From assembly GCA_000146465.1 (NCBI GenBank), contig CP001945.1: DNA of 64,000 nucleotides; one strand, written 5' to 3'. The translations under genes and the position numbers were made by a program. Under the pieces are notes generated by a model. The model ran no database searches. It saw only the letters and a program-made list of their open reading frames with translations, and had not been told where the DNA came from. Below, piece by piece: positions 29,591 to 40,166 of the stretch; the stretch's first letter is position 1; each line of letters opens with the position of its first letter.

Positions 29591-32500
29591 ATGAAGACTA
29601 TTGAAGAGACATACCAAAAAAAGACACCTGTGGAGCATATTCTTCTTAGACCTGACTCCTATATAGGATCTGTAGAGAAAGAAATGCAACAGATGTATGT
29701 ATGGGATGAGGATAATAGCAAAATGGTGTTCAAAAATATAGAATATGTGCCTGGATTGTACAAGATATTTGACGAGATAATTGTAAATGCGGCAGACAAT
29801 AAGATACGGGATCCTAAGATGAATGTCATCAAAGTTTCCATCGACCCCGAGAAAAATGAGATATCTGTGTACAACAATGGGAGGGGGATTCCTGTCAGAA
29901 TCCATAAAGAGGAAAACGTGTATGTTCCCGAACTTATTTTTGGAAATCTATTGACATCGTCGAACTACAATGACGACGAGAAGAAAGTCACAGGAGGAAG
30001 AAATGGATATGGAGCCAAATTATGTAATATATTCAGCAAGGAATTTATAGTGGAGACAGCGGATTGCGAGGTCAAGAAATACTACAAACAGAGATATAGA
30101 GACAATATGGGAATCAAAGAAGAGCCTGAAATTAGTAGATATACCAAGGAGGACTTTACAAGAATAACATTTAAACCCGACCTCCGGAGGTTCAAAATGA
30201 ACAAGCTGGACGATGACACGGTATCGTTGTTGAAGAAGAGGGTTTATGACCTTGGAGGAATTGTCAAGGATGTAAAGATATTTCTGAACGAGAAGAAAAT
30301 TCCTGTCAAGGGCTTCAAGGAATATGTAAAGTTGTACATTCCATCCGGGGTTAATATTGTGCATCAGGTTATTAATGACAGATGGGAACTGGCTCTTACT
30401 ACGAGTGAAGAGCAATTCCAGCAAGTATCATTTGTCAATGCAATCTGTACCTCGAAAGGAGGAAGCCATGTCAACCATGTTGTTGAGCGTATTGTGGATC
30501 CGTTGTTGGAAGCAATACAGAAAAAAGAAAAAGGACTTTCTGTAAGGCCATTCCAGATCAAGTCGTGCATGTTTATATTTGTAAATTGTCTCATTGAGAA
30601 CCCAGCATTTGATTCACAGACGAAGGAAAACCTTACCTTGAGAGTATCAGCTTTTGGCTCGAAATGTGAACCGATATCGGACTTTGTGAAAAATGTTATA
30701 AAGAACACATCACTGGTTCAAAAGGTGACTTCGTTTGCAAAGGCTAGGCAAAGCCAGCAGCTAAAGAAGACGGATGGAGCTAAAACAAGTAGGCTTTCTG
30801 GAATTCCCAAGCTTGAAGATGCCAACTTTGCAGGAACAAGCAAGTCGAAGGATTGCACTCTGATATTAACCGAGGGGGATTCTGCCAAGACATTAGCTGT
30901 TTCGGGACTCAGTGTGGTTGGAAGAGACATCTATGGGGTCTTCCCTCTTCGAGGAAAGCTGCTGAATGTTCGAGAGGCATCTCACAAGCAGATAATGGAC
31001 AATGCAGAGATTTCAAACATAAAGAAGATCCTGGGCTTGCAGCACAACAAGATCTATGAAGATGTGTCAAGCCTTAGGTATGGGCATATTATGATAATGA
31101 CCGATCAAGATCACGACGGTAGTCACATAAAAGGCCTTATAATCAATTTTCTGGATCACTTCTATCCTTCTTTGCTGAAGATACCGGGTTTCCTTCAGGA
31201 GTTTATCACGCCAATTGTAAGAGCCTCAAAGAAGGGCGAGGTCAAAGACTTCTTCACATTACCGGAGTACGAGGAATTCAAGAAGAATTCCGATGGATGG
31301 AATATCAAGTACTACAAGGGATTGGGAACATCTACAAGTGCAGATGCTAAGCAATATTTTAGCAATCTTCCGATCCATGTAAAGTACTTTACCCCATTGA
31401 TTGAAGAGGACAAGGAGCTTATTGACCTTGCGTTCAACAAAAAGAAGGCAGATGCAAGAAAGACATGGCTTCTAAACTTTGAGCCCGGAACATTTTTAGA
31501 TCAGTCGCAGCCACAGATATCGATCTCAGACTTTGTTAATAAAGAGTTGATCTTGTTCTCCATGGCAGACAACATTCGCTCTATTCCGAGCTTGGTGGAC
31601 GGACTCAAGCCGGGACAAAGGAAGGTGATGTTCAGCTGCTTCAAAAGGAACCTTAGGTCTGAGATAAAGGTGGCACAACTGGTAGGGTATGTATCCGAGC
31701 AATCTGCGTATCATCATGGAGAACAATCTCTTTGTTCCACAATTGTGAACTTGGCACAGGACTTTGTTGGGTCGAATAACATAAATCTTCTGCTCCCGAT
31801 TGGGCAATTTGGGAGTAGGCTTCAAGGAGGAAAGGATGCAGCAAGTCCTCGTTATATCTTCACATCTCTATCTCCTTTAACAAGGCTTATATTCAATGAG
31901 AATGATGACGCAATCCTCAGCTATCTCAACGATGACAATCTCTCAATAGAGCCGGAGTTCTATGTTCCCATTATTCCTATGGTATTAGTTAATGGAGCCG
32001 AGGGGATAGGGACTGGATGGAGCACCTCTATTCCGAACTTCAATCCAGTGGATGTGGTAGAGAATATCCGGAGGTTGATCAGAGGCGAAGATCCTGTGGA
32101 GATGATTCCCTATTACAGGAATTTTAGAGGGACGATTGAAAAGGTGGGAGAAGGAAAATACCAGGTTTCAGGAATATATGAGGGAGACATGGACCTTGAA
32201 ATCTCCGAACTTCCTGTTGGGACATGGACTCTAAATTACAAGGAGTTTTTGGAGTCTCTTGTGCAGGCTGGAGTTGTAAAGGACTTCAAGGAATACCATA
32301 CAGAAAAGACAGTAAGCTTTTCGGTCAAGCTTTCAAAGAGCATCAGCAACCTAAAGCTAAGCACAACCATCACCATCAACAACATGGTTTGCTTTGATGA
32401 AAACCTTGGAATTAAGAAGTATTCGACGCCTCAGGAGATTCTGAAGGAATTCTATGATGTTAGACTTAGATATTATTCAATAAGGAAGGAAAACATGTTG

Positions 32501-33016
32501 AAGGTAATGAAAGAAGAGTTGGTGAAGTTGGAAAATAAGGTTAGGTTTATAAAAGAGGTTTCAACGGGTGAGCTTGTAATTAGCAGAAGGAGAAAAGGGG
32601 AAGTTATATTTGATCTTGAGTCGAGAAGATATGCAAGAGTTGACGATTATGAATATCTTCTGAGCATGTCAATATTAAGTCTTACTGTAGAGAGGATTGA
32701 GAAATTAAACAACGAACATGCAAAGAAGCTTGAGGAATATAACAAACTGGAAAGTAAAACTCCCAAAGAACTGTGGTTGGATGACTTAGAGGTCTTTGAA
32801 AGAGAGTATCTGAAGATTGTTGAGAGAGAAACTAAAGAATATGATGACGAGCTAAATGGATGTGTTCGAAAGAAAGGGAAAAAGCCAAAGTCTCGAAAAG
32901 AAACCACTTACAGGCCAAAGAAGGCAAAAAAGCCCAAATCCCCCCAAGTAACGGAGAACTCCAGTGACGACAATTCCTTAGAGGAAAAACCTTGGAAGAA
33001 GTACAGCCTCATATAA
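29591..33016 (+). CDS. TOP2: DNA topoisomerase II
   Basis: The GHKL ATPase domain is present (ENVYVPELIFGNLLTSSNYNDDEKKVTGGRNGYGAKL). The TOPRIM domain is present (LILTEGDSAKTLA...IMIMTDQDHDGSHIKGL). The WHD carries the catalytic tyrosine region (ASPRYIFT). There is a K-rich C-terminal tail. 1141 aa. Confidence 0.95.
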   Translation: MKTIEETYQKKTPVEHILLRPDSYIGSVEKEMQQMYVWDEDNSKMVFKNIEYVPGLYKIFDEIIVNAADNKIRDPKMNVIKVSIDPEKNEISVYNNGRGIPVRIHKEENVYVPELIFGNLLTSSNYNDDEKKVTGGRNGYGAKLCNIFSKEFIVETADCEVKKYYKQRYRDNMGIKEEPEISRYTKEDFTRITFKPDLRRFKMNKLDDDTVSLLKKRVYDLGGIVKDVKIFLNEKKIPVKGFKEYVKLYIPSGVNIVHQVINDRWELALTTSEEQFQQVSFVNAICTSKGGSHVNHVVERIVDPLLEAIQKKEKGLSVRPFQIKSCMFIFVNCLIENPAFDSQTKENLTLRVSAFGSKCEPISDFVKNVIKNTSLVQKVTSFAKARQSQQLKKTDGAKTSRLSGIPKLEDANFAGTSKSKDCTLILTEGDSAKTLAVSGLSVVGRDIYGVFPLRGKLLNVREASHKQIMDNAEISNIKKILGLQHNKIYEDVSSLRYGHIMIMTDQDHDGSHIKGLIINFLDHFYPSLLKIPGFLQEFITPIVRASKKGEVKDFFTLPEYEEFKKNSDGWNIKYYKGLGTSTSADAKQYFSNLPIHVKYFTPLIEEDKELIDLAFNKKKADARKTWLLNFEPGTFLDQSQPQISISDFVNKELILFSMADNIRSIPSLVDGLKPGQRKVMFSCFKRNLRSEIKVAQLVGYVSEQSAYHHGEQSLCSTIVNLAQDFVGSNNINLLLPIGQFGSRLQGGKDAASPRYIFTSLSPLTRLIFNENDDAILSYLNDDNLSIEPEFYVPIIPMVLVNGAEGIGTGWSTSIPNFNPVDVVENIRRLIRGEDPVEMIPYYRNFRGTIEKVGEGKYQVSGIYEGDMDLEISELPVGTWTLNYKEFLESLVQAGVVKDFKEYHTEKTVSFSVKLSKSISNLKLSTTITINNMVCFDENLGIKKYSTPQEILKEFYDVRLRYYSIRKENMLKVMKEELVKLENKVRFIKEVSTGELVISRRRKGEVIFDLESRRYARVDDYEYLLSMSILSLTVERIEKLNNEHAKKLEEYNKLESKTPKELWLDDLEVFEREYLKIVERETKEYDDELNGCVRKKGKKPKSRKETTYRPKKAKKPKSPQVTENSSDDNSLEEKPWKKYSLI

Positions 33017-33100
33017 ATTCTGAATGAATCACATCTTAAGTCTCATCTTCTGTGGTAGTTTACTGTGACTCTTAAGAAAATTGAGATCGAGTAAATTTTA

Positions 33101-33616
33101 TTATTCTTTGCGTGCCTTTCTATACATTGCATCTATCTTCTTTTGGTACTCAATAGAGGCCGATTTCTCTTTCATAACCTTGTGGTACGCGGACATCTTG
33201 CTTTCCTTACGAATTGTCTTTCTCAAAGTCTTTGATTTCCTCTTGGCAAAATCAGCTAATTTTGGCTTTAGACTCTTGAATACCACCGGCTCGTCTTGGG
33301 GTAGAGGCAGTACTCTTTCTTCTCCTTGAATTCCAAATGCTTCAAAAACTCCAGGGTTCCTTTCAAACATCCCAGCATAACGTCTATAAAGATCCTTGTC
33401 ATTTTCAAACAGATAGTTTTTTACTTCGTTCAAGTAAATCGGTTTGGTCTTGGCCGAAACAAATATCTCTATTAGTTCTATGATCTTGGGATGAGGAGCT
33501 TTTTCTAAAGTTCCACCTACTAGAGTTCCGACTATGTCCTTGTACTCCTTCTCTCTTATTTGGAGGCCTTTGTATCGTCTTATAATTGCATCTATGTCGT
33601 TCTGTAGGATACTCAT
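33101..33616 (-). CDS. Hypothetical protein with a lysine-rich C-terminal tail (possible nucleic-acid-binding or ribosome-associated)
   Basis: 171 aa starting at ATG 33616. Compact globular N-terminus and a K/R-rich C-terminus. No confident family. Confidence 0.45.
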   Translation of the reverse strand: MSILQNDIDAIIRRYKGLQIREKEYKDIVGTLVGGTLEKAPHPKIIELIEIFVSAKTKPIYLNEVKNYLFENDKDLYRRYAGMFERNPGVFEAFGIQGEERVLPLPQDEPVVFKSLKPKLADFAKRKSKTLRKTIRKESKMSAYHKVMKEKSASIEYQKKIDAMYRKARKE

Positions 33617-33678
33617 ATAAACCCCTCCAATCCGAACTTTTATTATTCCCCTTCCGAACCAAAGCCCTGAGCACAGAT

Positions 33679-34881
33679 ATGGTTGATAAAATGGATAAGA
33701 GATCGATCAGAAAGCTATACTTAAGGAAAGACCCAAAAGATCCCTATTTTCGTTCTTCTCTCACTAGACTTGTGGCCATAGGAAACCCATACCTAACCTT
33801 CATACTCCATGCTATGTTCCGAGATGTTCTTCCAGGAATACCATGCCCGGCGCCGTTTGGTATTCTCATGAAGAGCGGAAAGACAATCAGCTATATAGTC
33901 AGGCGTCTTATGGGAAGGAAGGTGGTATTGGAGGCCAAGAGCGAGTCGGAGGAACTTTACAGCAACAAATGGAACGAAAGTGACTATGCCGATATTATGA
34001 AATTTCTTTTGAATATCGAAAGGACAAATAAGAGGTTGCTGTTTGTTGATCAGCCTTTTATCCGGAACGTGATATCGAAAATATCGGAAGCAGAAAAGGC
34101 AAGAATCATTAGATTCCTAGAGGTCTCTCCTCTTTCTATATCAATAATGAGAACAATAAGAACTGAGAATCTAACAGACACCCATCTGGCAGTCATCAAC
34201 CTTCTGAAGGCCAAGACCATGCCATATGAAGAAGGATTTAGATATGTTCATGAATCCAACGTGGATTTTAAGCTTTTGAAGAGAACATTCTTGAAGTCCA
34301 CCTTTTCACAGATACAGAAATACTTTCACATTCTGGTGGACTTTTTCCCAGAAATGATGTTTGGAATAAGAAAGCCTTACAGTAATAGAATGCAAATATT
34401 TGCAGACCCTCTTTCGATACCGCTCAAGCCGAGGTTATTATGTGTTTATATCCCTGCATGCATATACTTTATAAGAAGGAAATCCAAATCTCTAAGCCTT
34501 GTAAAGAACCTGGATGTCCTGATTAAGACTATTTACATCGAAAAGATCCTTTCTGTTTCCCCTAGGAGGTACCTTTTAAAGAAAGTGATACATCAGCTGA
34601 TTCTTGACACACCTATTCTTGTAAAAGTTATTGTAATGAGGAGATTTCCCCCAAACCTCATTAAGAAGATGGTCGAGTATATCCCATCCTTTCACCTTGC
34701 ATACGAGTTGTCTCTCAAGATTCTTTCCAATGATCCTTCGGATAGCTTCTATGAGGAGCTGGTTGAAGAATTACTTAAAAAGTATCCGACCAAGAGTAAT
34801 GTCAAAAGATTCCAAGCCTGCTCTCATTTATTTAGCAACTCTCTTCTGGAGAGACTAAAGTATCTTACCGAGACAGTCTAA
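33679..34881 (+). CDS. Hypothetical protein (about 400 aa)
   Basis: The track ORF starts on TTG at 33586 and overlaps the upstream gene; the first ATG is at 33679 (MVDKMDKRSIRKLYL...). No recognised domain. Confidence 0.5.
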   Translation: MVDKMDKRSIRKLYLRKDPKDPYFRSSLTRLVAIGNPYLTFILHAMFRDVLPGIPCPAPFGILMKSGKTISYIVRRLMGRKVVLEAKSESEELYSNKWNESDYADIMKFLLNIERTNKRLLFVDQPFIRNVISKISEAEKARIIRFLEVSPLSISIMRTIRTENLTDTHLAVINLLKAKTMPYEEGFRYVHESNVDFKLLKRTFLKSTFSQIQKYFHILVDFFPEMMFGIRKPYSNRMQIFADPLSIPLKPRLLCVYIPACIYFIRRKSKSLSLVKNLDVLIKTIYIEKILSVSPRRYLLKKVIHQLILDTPILVKVIVMRRFPPNLIKKMVEYIPSFHLAYELSLKILSNDPSDSFYEELVEELLKKYPTKSNVKRFQACSHLFSNSLLERLKYLTETV

Positions 34882-35127
34882 AAAGTGAGATTGGTAGAAT
34901 CTCCAGTGTTTTATTTGTTATCCCAGGTATAAAGCTTGTAATTTCCGTCAGAATCCCCAGAGAAGCCTGAATACCATTCTAGATGTTTTAACTTTCTGTT
35001 TTTATGAATGAAAGAGACCTGTATTTTACATTAGTCTCTTAAGAAGAAATTGTCCCCACTAGCTGCTTTTCCATATCTCCAAGTAGTTGTACTTTACTTA
35101 GAGAAAAGAATTACATGGAAAATATAA

Positions 35128-36306
35128 TTAAAAACCATTCTTTATATCAAACAGGTCTAGAATAACACATATAGTTATAAGGAATCCCGTAGAAAGAAGA
35201 TCAGAAATCGATGAAATAAGTGGAAGTGCCAAGACTCCTGTGTCTTCTTCTTTCTTATCTAAATACTCAACAAGGAGGGAAATCCCACTCAGCAAAATTG
35301 TAACCTGGAAAACAAAAGATATTATAAACAATACACAGAACTCACGTGAGTATAGAATCCCCATTAGTGCTGCCATTCCAAGATAGCATAGAGACATGAG
35401 TATGGAAGCTAATACCAATGTTATATATGACTTTCTACTGTTATGAATTGTCCGATTATTGATCGATGTAAATATCCTGTGAAGATAAATGAATGCTATT
35501 GATACAGACATTCCACCAAACACAGGAAACGACGGCGCAAGAACTGGGAATCTAGTGGAAAATGTCTCAAGTACGTATCCACTAGCAGTACTAATTCCAT
35601 ATGTTGCAAGAAGAACCTCCACCGGCTGAAGAGGAATTCTCTTTTTACTGACTAGTACAAAGCAGAGACACAAAGGCATCAAGGAGATTGAGAGGAAAAT
35701 GTATGAAAGACAGGATGACGGGGAGGAGTCCCTAAACCATTTGGTAAAGTATACCAAAGACCTTACATTCGTGTAATCTCCAAAAGATGATATGGTAGGG
35801 AGAATGATATTGTCTGGATTGATGTCCATAAATTTTGACAGCTCTATAGATATTACAAGCAGTATAATGAACAAGATCGAAGTCAATATGCACGATACAA
35901 GTGCACCTGCAAGTATGGAAAGTCCTAGTCCTTCGCTCAATCCTCCTGATAAAATGCCTCCTGCCATCCCTATTAGTCCTATTACAAGTCCTATTGCTAC
36001 AGACTGTGCCAAAACCATGCTAGAGTTGTCAAAGACATATCTGAAGTACCTCCTATATATGAACAAAGGAGATTGACTCATCGACGAAAGATACATCGCA
36101 AATGTTAGTTCTATGTTGCCCTTGAATGCCAAAATGCAGTTTGCTTCGAGAATCACAGGGACGCCTGCTAAGCGGGGATCATCGGTGGCATCTATCAGTA
36201 CGGATCCCATGAGGATCAAGCCACTCAGCGATATAAGTAATCCTGGAATTGATTGTATTAGCAGGGAGGAATCATACAGTGACATATTGAACAAGTCCCC
36301 AAACAT
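35128..36306 (-). CDS. SLC41/MgtE-family divalent-cation (Mg2+) transporter, two internal repeats
   Basis: Two MgtE-like TM repeats, each with a D-x-x-P-D/L...P...S-x-GD motif (DINPDNIILPTISSFGDY and DTGVLALPLISSISDLLS). The track ORF starts on TTG; ATG at 36306. Confidence 0.65.
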   Translation of the reverse strand: MFGDLFNMSLYDSSLLIQSIPGLLISLSGLILMGSVLIDATDDPRLAGVPVILEANCILAFKGNIELTFAMYLSSMSQSPLFIYRRYFRYVFDNSSMVLAQSVAIGLVIGLIGMAGGILSGGLSEGLGLSILAGALVSCILTSILFIILLVISIELSKFMDINPDNIILPTISSFGDYTNVRSLVYFTKWFRDSSPSSCLSYIFLSISLMPLCLCFVLVSKKRIPLQPVEVLLATYGISTASGYVLETFSTRFPVLAPSFPVFGGMSVSIAFIYLHRIFTSINNRTIHNSRKSYITLVLASILMSLCYLGMAALMGILYSREFCVLFIISFVFQVTILLSGISLLVEYLDKKEEDTGVLALPLISSISDLLSTGFLITICVILDLFDIKNGF

Positions 36307-36595
36307 CAATTCGGGCCTCTGAGTTTGTTAAGAAGAAAAAGTTTCGCAAGCACCAATAATGCTTTATGGAAGGGTCCAACGCTCCATTCCATGGGGTTTC
36401 AAATGCTTTGAAATCATTGATGGACGTGATGAAAGAAAGTAGGAGAATCCTATGAAGAGTGGAGAGGAAACCCTTGTTTCATTTTCAAACATAAGGAGGC
36501 CTTGTGTTCGTAGGACCTGGAATTTCAACAGGCTTGTGGAATTTCTTTTAGGTTGAAACCTTTTGAAAACAACACCCATATAATCAATCCAGAGC

Positions 36596-37330
36596 ATGGA
36601 AAAATCAAATGCGAGCTTTAATTTCGACAAAATACCGAAGTTCATAATGAAGCTCTATAAGGCCACCAATAACGAGAAGTACAAAGGAATCTCCTGGACA
36701 CCCGATGGGCTTAAGATTCACATATATGACCGAGACGTGTTTGTTAAGGAGACACTTCCCCTCATATCGAAGACAAGGGAGTTTGGAACGTTTGTCCGGA
36801 TGTTGAACAGTTACGGGTTTGTTAAGTCCAAGGACATTGAAGAGGAGGACATATATTACAATAAGAACTTCAGAAAGGGAAGAGAGGACCTGCTGGGGTT
36901 TGATGATACACTCCGAATGATTAAAAGGAAGAAGTCCAATGATATTCGAATGAGAATTGGAGATGGATCTTTGAAGGACGTAGTGGAGTATTTATACGTA
37001 CAAAACCAGGAGTTATATACAGAATTGTCTGCTTGCAAGGAGCGCATAGAGAGGCAGGAGAGAGCCCTCAATGGTCTTATAGAAATTCTTTCAAGGGTCT
37101 TTAGAACAAATTCCCAGGACTTCGGGGCTCGGATTAAACCCAATGCTCATAATCTCCACGACGAAATGGACCTTTTTCTTGGAGAGCTTTCAGGGCCTCT
37201 CAAAGAAGGGTATGAGCCGCCTTCTCCTGATGTGCAAGGGAAAGGCATCCCTGAACTGTCCTTTAAGCCAGGAGAAAATTTTCAAGTAGATTCCGACTCT
37301 AAGAACGACAGGTATGATGCTTTCTTCTAG
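36596..37330 (+). CDS. HSF: Heat shock factor (HSF-type winged-helix DBD + coiled coil)
   Basis: FIMKLYKATNNEKYKGISWTPDGLKIHIYDRDVFVKETLPLISKTREFGTFVRMLNSYGFVKSKD...NFRKGREDLL matches the HSF DBD consensus (FL.KLW...I.WS..G.SF.V.D...F...VLP.YFKH.N..SFVRQLN.YGF.KV...F.KG..DLL). A coiled-coil segment follows. Confidence 0.8.
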   Translation: MEKSNASFNFDKIPKFIMKLYKATNNEKYKGISWTPDGLKIHIYDRDVFVKETLPLISKTREFGTFVRMLNSYGFVKSKDIEEEDIYYNKNFRKGREDLLGFDDTLRMIKRKKSNDIRMRIGDGSLKDVVEYLYVQNQELYTELSACKERIERQERALNGLIEILSRVFRTNSQDFGARIKPNAHNLHDEMDLFLGELSGPLKEGYEPPSPDVQGKGIPELSFKPGENFQVDSDSKNDRYDAFF

Positions 37331-37366
37331 ACATTTGTTTCGAGTAGGTTATAGCCTTTCTCATAG

Positions 37367-39769
37367 ATGGCTATGGGTGGAGAGAACATATTAGAAATAA
37401 AGATGATGTGTAATCAACCTGTCAATTTTCTTCATTTTGCACTGAAACGATTATCCTTAATGGAGATTAGAAAGAGAAGTAGGATTGTTCGTGCGCTGGT
37501 AGCCTTGCTTGCCTTGACATCTGGAGCTGTTACTATCATTGCCTCTATAGCTAAGCTGCAAAACTACATCAAGTTCTCGCCTGAAAACGACGGTCGGTTG
37601 GATGAATTTGGTTTCCACCGATCATCTCTTGAGGTCTCAGTCGAAGAATTTGGATGTATCTCTCTCAGATTTTCAGACATAAAGGAAGACTATTTTAGCA
37701 TAGGCGAGAAAGAGGGACGAGAAGAGAAAGAGAGACTGTATCTTGAGTTTATTATAAACACTCTAGGCCAAATCTCTCTTCAAAAAGACGATGAAGGAAT
37801 ATCTGAGAAAAAAGATCTATCTAGAGAGAAAGAGAACTTGCGGATCTTAGTTTGTGAGATCAGATACAATATCTGTAAAAACTCGAAGCTTGCAGGTATC
37901 AAGGGAAAGACAAGCTCGGATCCCTCTTCAGTAGCGCTAAGGAGGTTTTTGGGACTTGATAGGAACTTCCTTAGCCACTGTGATCTTGAGACAGAGGAGA
38001 CGAAAAAGATGTTAAAGGTTATTCAGGGACACTGGCCTTTCCGTTTAGAAGATGTGGAATGCAAGGTTTTTGGAAAGACTCTTCCATTGAAAGGCTATGT
38101 GGCATCTATCCTTGCTAACTATCTCCTTGAGTGCAAAATAGAAAAGCAGAAGAGGATGGCAAGAGATGCAAACATTCTCATGAGAATTGAAACCAGTGGA
38201 GAGGTGGAAAACACTAAGCCAAGCGAATTTGTGATACTGAATGATGGGGAGTGTATGAGCCCGGAAACATACATGAATATTGTACGAGAAATTCTCTTTC
38301 TTGCCAAATACAAAAATATCATTTCTAGCCTGAGTGAAGCAAAAGAGAATCCCCTGTGTGCTGACGAGTTATGGTTTCTTCTACAGAAATGTAAGAACAG
38401 CTTTAATAGGAATTTGTCTTATAAGTTCGACCGAATTCTTGATAGTAAGCCTCGGGGTAATCTGGAGGCTGAAAACGGCCAGAATTGTAAGGTTGATAAT
38501 TCCCTAGCAGGTTTTCTTGGGGTATCTGAGGACTTTCGAGATGGGGAACTAAGACAGATAAAGGAAAAAGACATATCTATTCTTGAACACTACCAGAATT
38601 TTCTCTCCGAGATGGTTGATGAGAAGGTCTATTATCACATTCTAGACGCAAAAAAAGCCATTAAAGTAAAGGATTATATGGCAGTCCTACTACTCAGGAA
38701 CTATAAGGACAAAATATACAAGCTGGCTGGGGAAATTGAGAAAAAGAATGTTTCTTTGGTGAAGATAAACGGCAGATCTATTGAGATGAGGCGCTATCTG
38801 TGGTTTTTGGTTAGACTTATGCACAGAGCCGAATCTTTAAGTAACAGTGCTTCCAACAAAGAACTCAGCAATGGATTAAGAAAGTTAAGAGAGAACTTTA
38901 TACTTTACATCGAACTGTTGATACACGGTAGAAGGATAGATCATCTCGACCCTCCTTCCCGAGCAGTGCTTAGGCTTTTGGGAAAAGGAGAGATAGAAAG
39001 CATTAATACAGAAGATATAGAGCCTGAGCACAGTTATATATTTGAAAATGAGGAACTATGTATTTCTAGCAGAAATAATGTCTTTTCTACAAAGTGTAAT
39101 TTGAATGGAACTGAGGTATCTCTTGGGAGTTATGCCGTGAGTGTGATTTCGAAATATCTCAAGGAGTATGGTAAATACAACAAAGAAAAAGAGGATTCAG
39201 ACTCTAATGTTTTCAGGAATGTGAATGAAGCACTCTCCATAAGATACGAGGACGGTAGACCTGTGGGAACGGAATACTTTGTTATGGTAAGAAGTATGTT
39301 TAGAAAGGCGTTTTGCTATGAGTTGGAACATCTTTTGAGAAAGGCAATATTTGACGATGAGCCTGGATCTAGTATAATCAAGTACTATCTGGATTGGAAG
39401 ATAAGAAATATTGATGAGTTTTTCCTGAAGGCCTTTCGAATCACAATGAACATCTTTGACCAAGGTGGAAAGAGAGTTCCCTCTCATGCTGCCAGCATGA
39501 TCGAAAGGATTTTGGGGAATGATGTTTTCTTTATGGGAAATATTCGTCCAAAGCCGAAAGATGAGAAATTATTCAAGTCGATTTTGTTCCGATTTCCTCG
39601 AAAGTACAAGAAAATTGAATGTTATTTTGGGAATAAGAAATTCCGACTAGTTAATCTTGTTGGCAAGGCGATTGTGGAGTATCTTCGATCCGATCCCGAT
39701 GGACATGAGGGCCTCTCTCTTGAGCTTGAGAGGAGCTTGGTGCCGGAGACGGCATCCTATGAAGAATGA
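37367..39769 (+). CDS. Large lineage-specific hypothetical protein (800 aa) with an N-terminal hydrophobic anchor/signal
   Basis: ATG at 37367. N-terminal RIVRALVALLALTSGAVTIIASIA hydrophobic segment. The rest is mixed helical with no recognisable domain. Confidence 0.55.
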   Translation: MAMGGENILEIKMMCNQPVNFLHFALKRLSLMEIRKRSRIVRALVALLALTSGAVTIIASIAKLQNYIKFSPENDGRLDEFGFHRSSLEVSVEEFGCISLRFSDIKEDYFSIGEKEGREEKERLYLEFIINTLGQISLQKDDEGISEKKDLSREKENLRILVCEIRYNICKNSKLAGIKGKTSSDPSSVALRRFLGLDRNFLSHCDLETEETKKMLKVIQGHWPFRLEDVECKVFGKTLPLKGYVASILANYLLECKIEKQKRMARDANILMRIETSGEVENTKPSEFVILNDGECMSPETYMNIVREILFLAKYKNIISSLSEAKENPLCADELWFLLQKCKNSFNRNLSYKFDRILDSKPRGNLEAENGQNCKVDNSLAGFLGVSEDFRDGELRQIKEKDISILEHYQNFLSEMVDEKVYYHILDAKKAIKVKDYMAVLLLRNYKDKIYKLAGEIEKKNVSLVKINGRSIEMRRYLWFLVRLMHRAESLSNSASNKELSNGLRKLRENFILYIELLIHGRRIDHLDPPSRAVLRLLGKGEIESINTEDIEPEHSYIFENEELCISSRNNVFSTKCNLNGTEVSLGSYAVSVISKYLKEYGKYNKEKEDSDSNVFRNVNEALSIRYEDGRPVGTEYFVMVRSMFRKAFCYELEHLLRKAIFDDEPGSSIIKYYLDWKIRNIDEFFLKAFRITMNIFDQGGKRVPSHAASMIERILGNDVFFMGNIRPKPKDEKLFKSILFRFPRKYKKIECYFGNKKFRLVNLVGKAIVEYLRSDPDGHEGLSLELERSLVPETASYEE

Positions 39770-40055
39770 CAAGGTACTCATGCAGGCTCATATGCATAAA
39801 AACCTCAACCCCAAAGTTTTTATGGGGATTGAAAGAAGAAGGTTCTATCAGAAACTCACGGTGTTTATAGTCCTTATGTTTGTATCGCCGATAGCAGTCC
39901 ATGTGATTGGAAAATGGTTTGAATCCAATCCTCCGGCGATCTCGTTTATATCATTATTCTTAGTCTTGGGATCGATGGGGGCAATATGCAAGCTCGTGAT
40001 CGACAGGGAGCAAGAGAAAAGGAATAGAAGAGAAAGAAAAATTAAAGTCAAATAA
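39759..40055 (+). CDS. Small two-TM membrane protein (98 aa) overlapping the upstream stop by 11 nt
   Basis: The track ORF starts on an alternative codon at 39657; the first ATG is at 39759 (MKNDKVLMQAHMHKN...). Two hydrophobic helices (LTVFIVLMFVSPIAVHVI, ISFISLFLVLGSMGAICKLVI) and a K/R-rich C-terminus. Confidence 0.4.
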   Translation: MKNDKVLMQAHMHKNLNPKVFMGIERRRFYQKLTVFIVLMFVSPIAVHVIGKWFESNPPAISFISLFLVLGSMGAICKLVIDREQEKRNRRERKIKVK

Positions 40056-40166
40056 ATTCTACCAGGAGTCTTGTTTCCATGACTATAGGGTTTTAAGCCA
40101 TACACCTAGGTTTTCGATTTAAATTTGTTTATTTCTGTCTTTTTTAGATCTGCAAGAACACCCCAA

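Noticed and set aside
36364-36645. 93-aa ORF in the SLC41/HSF divergent spacer
   Set aside because: It overlaps the HSF start in antisense, has no start context or homology, and is most likely spurious.
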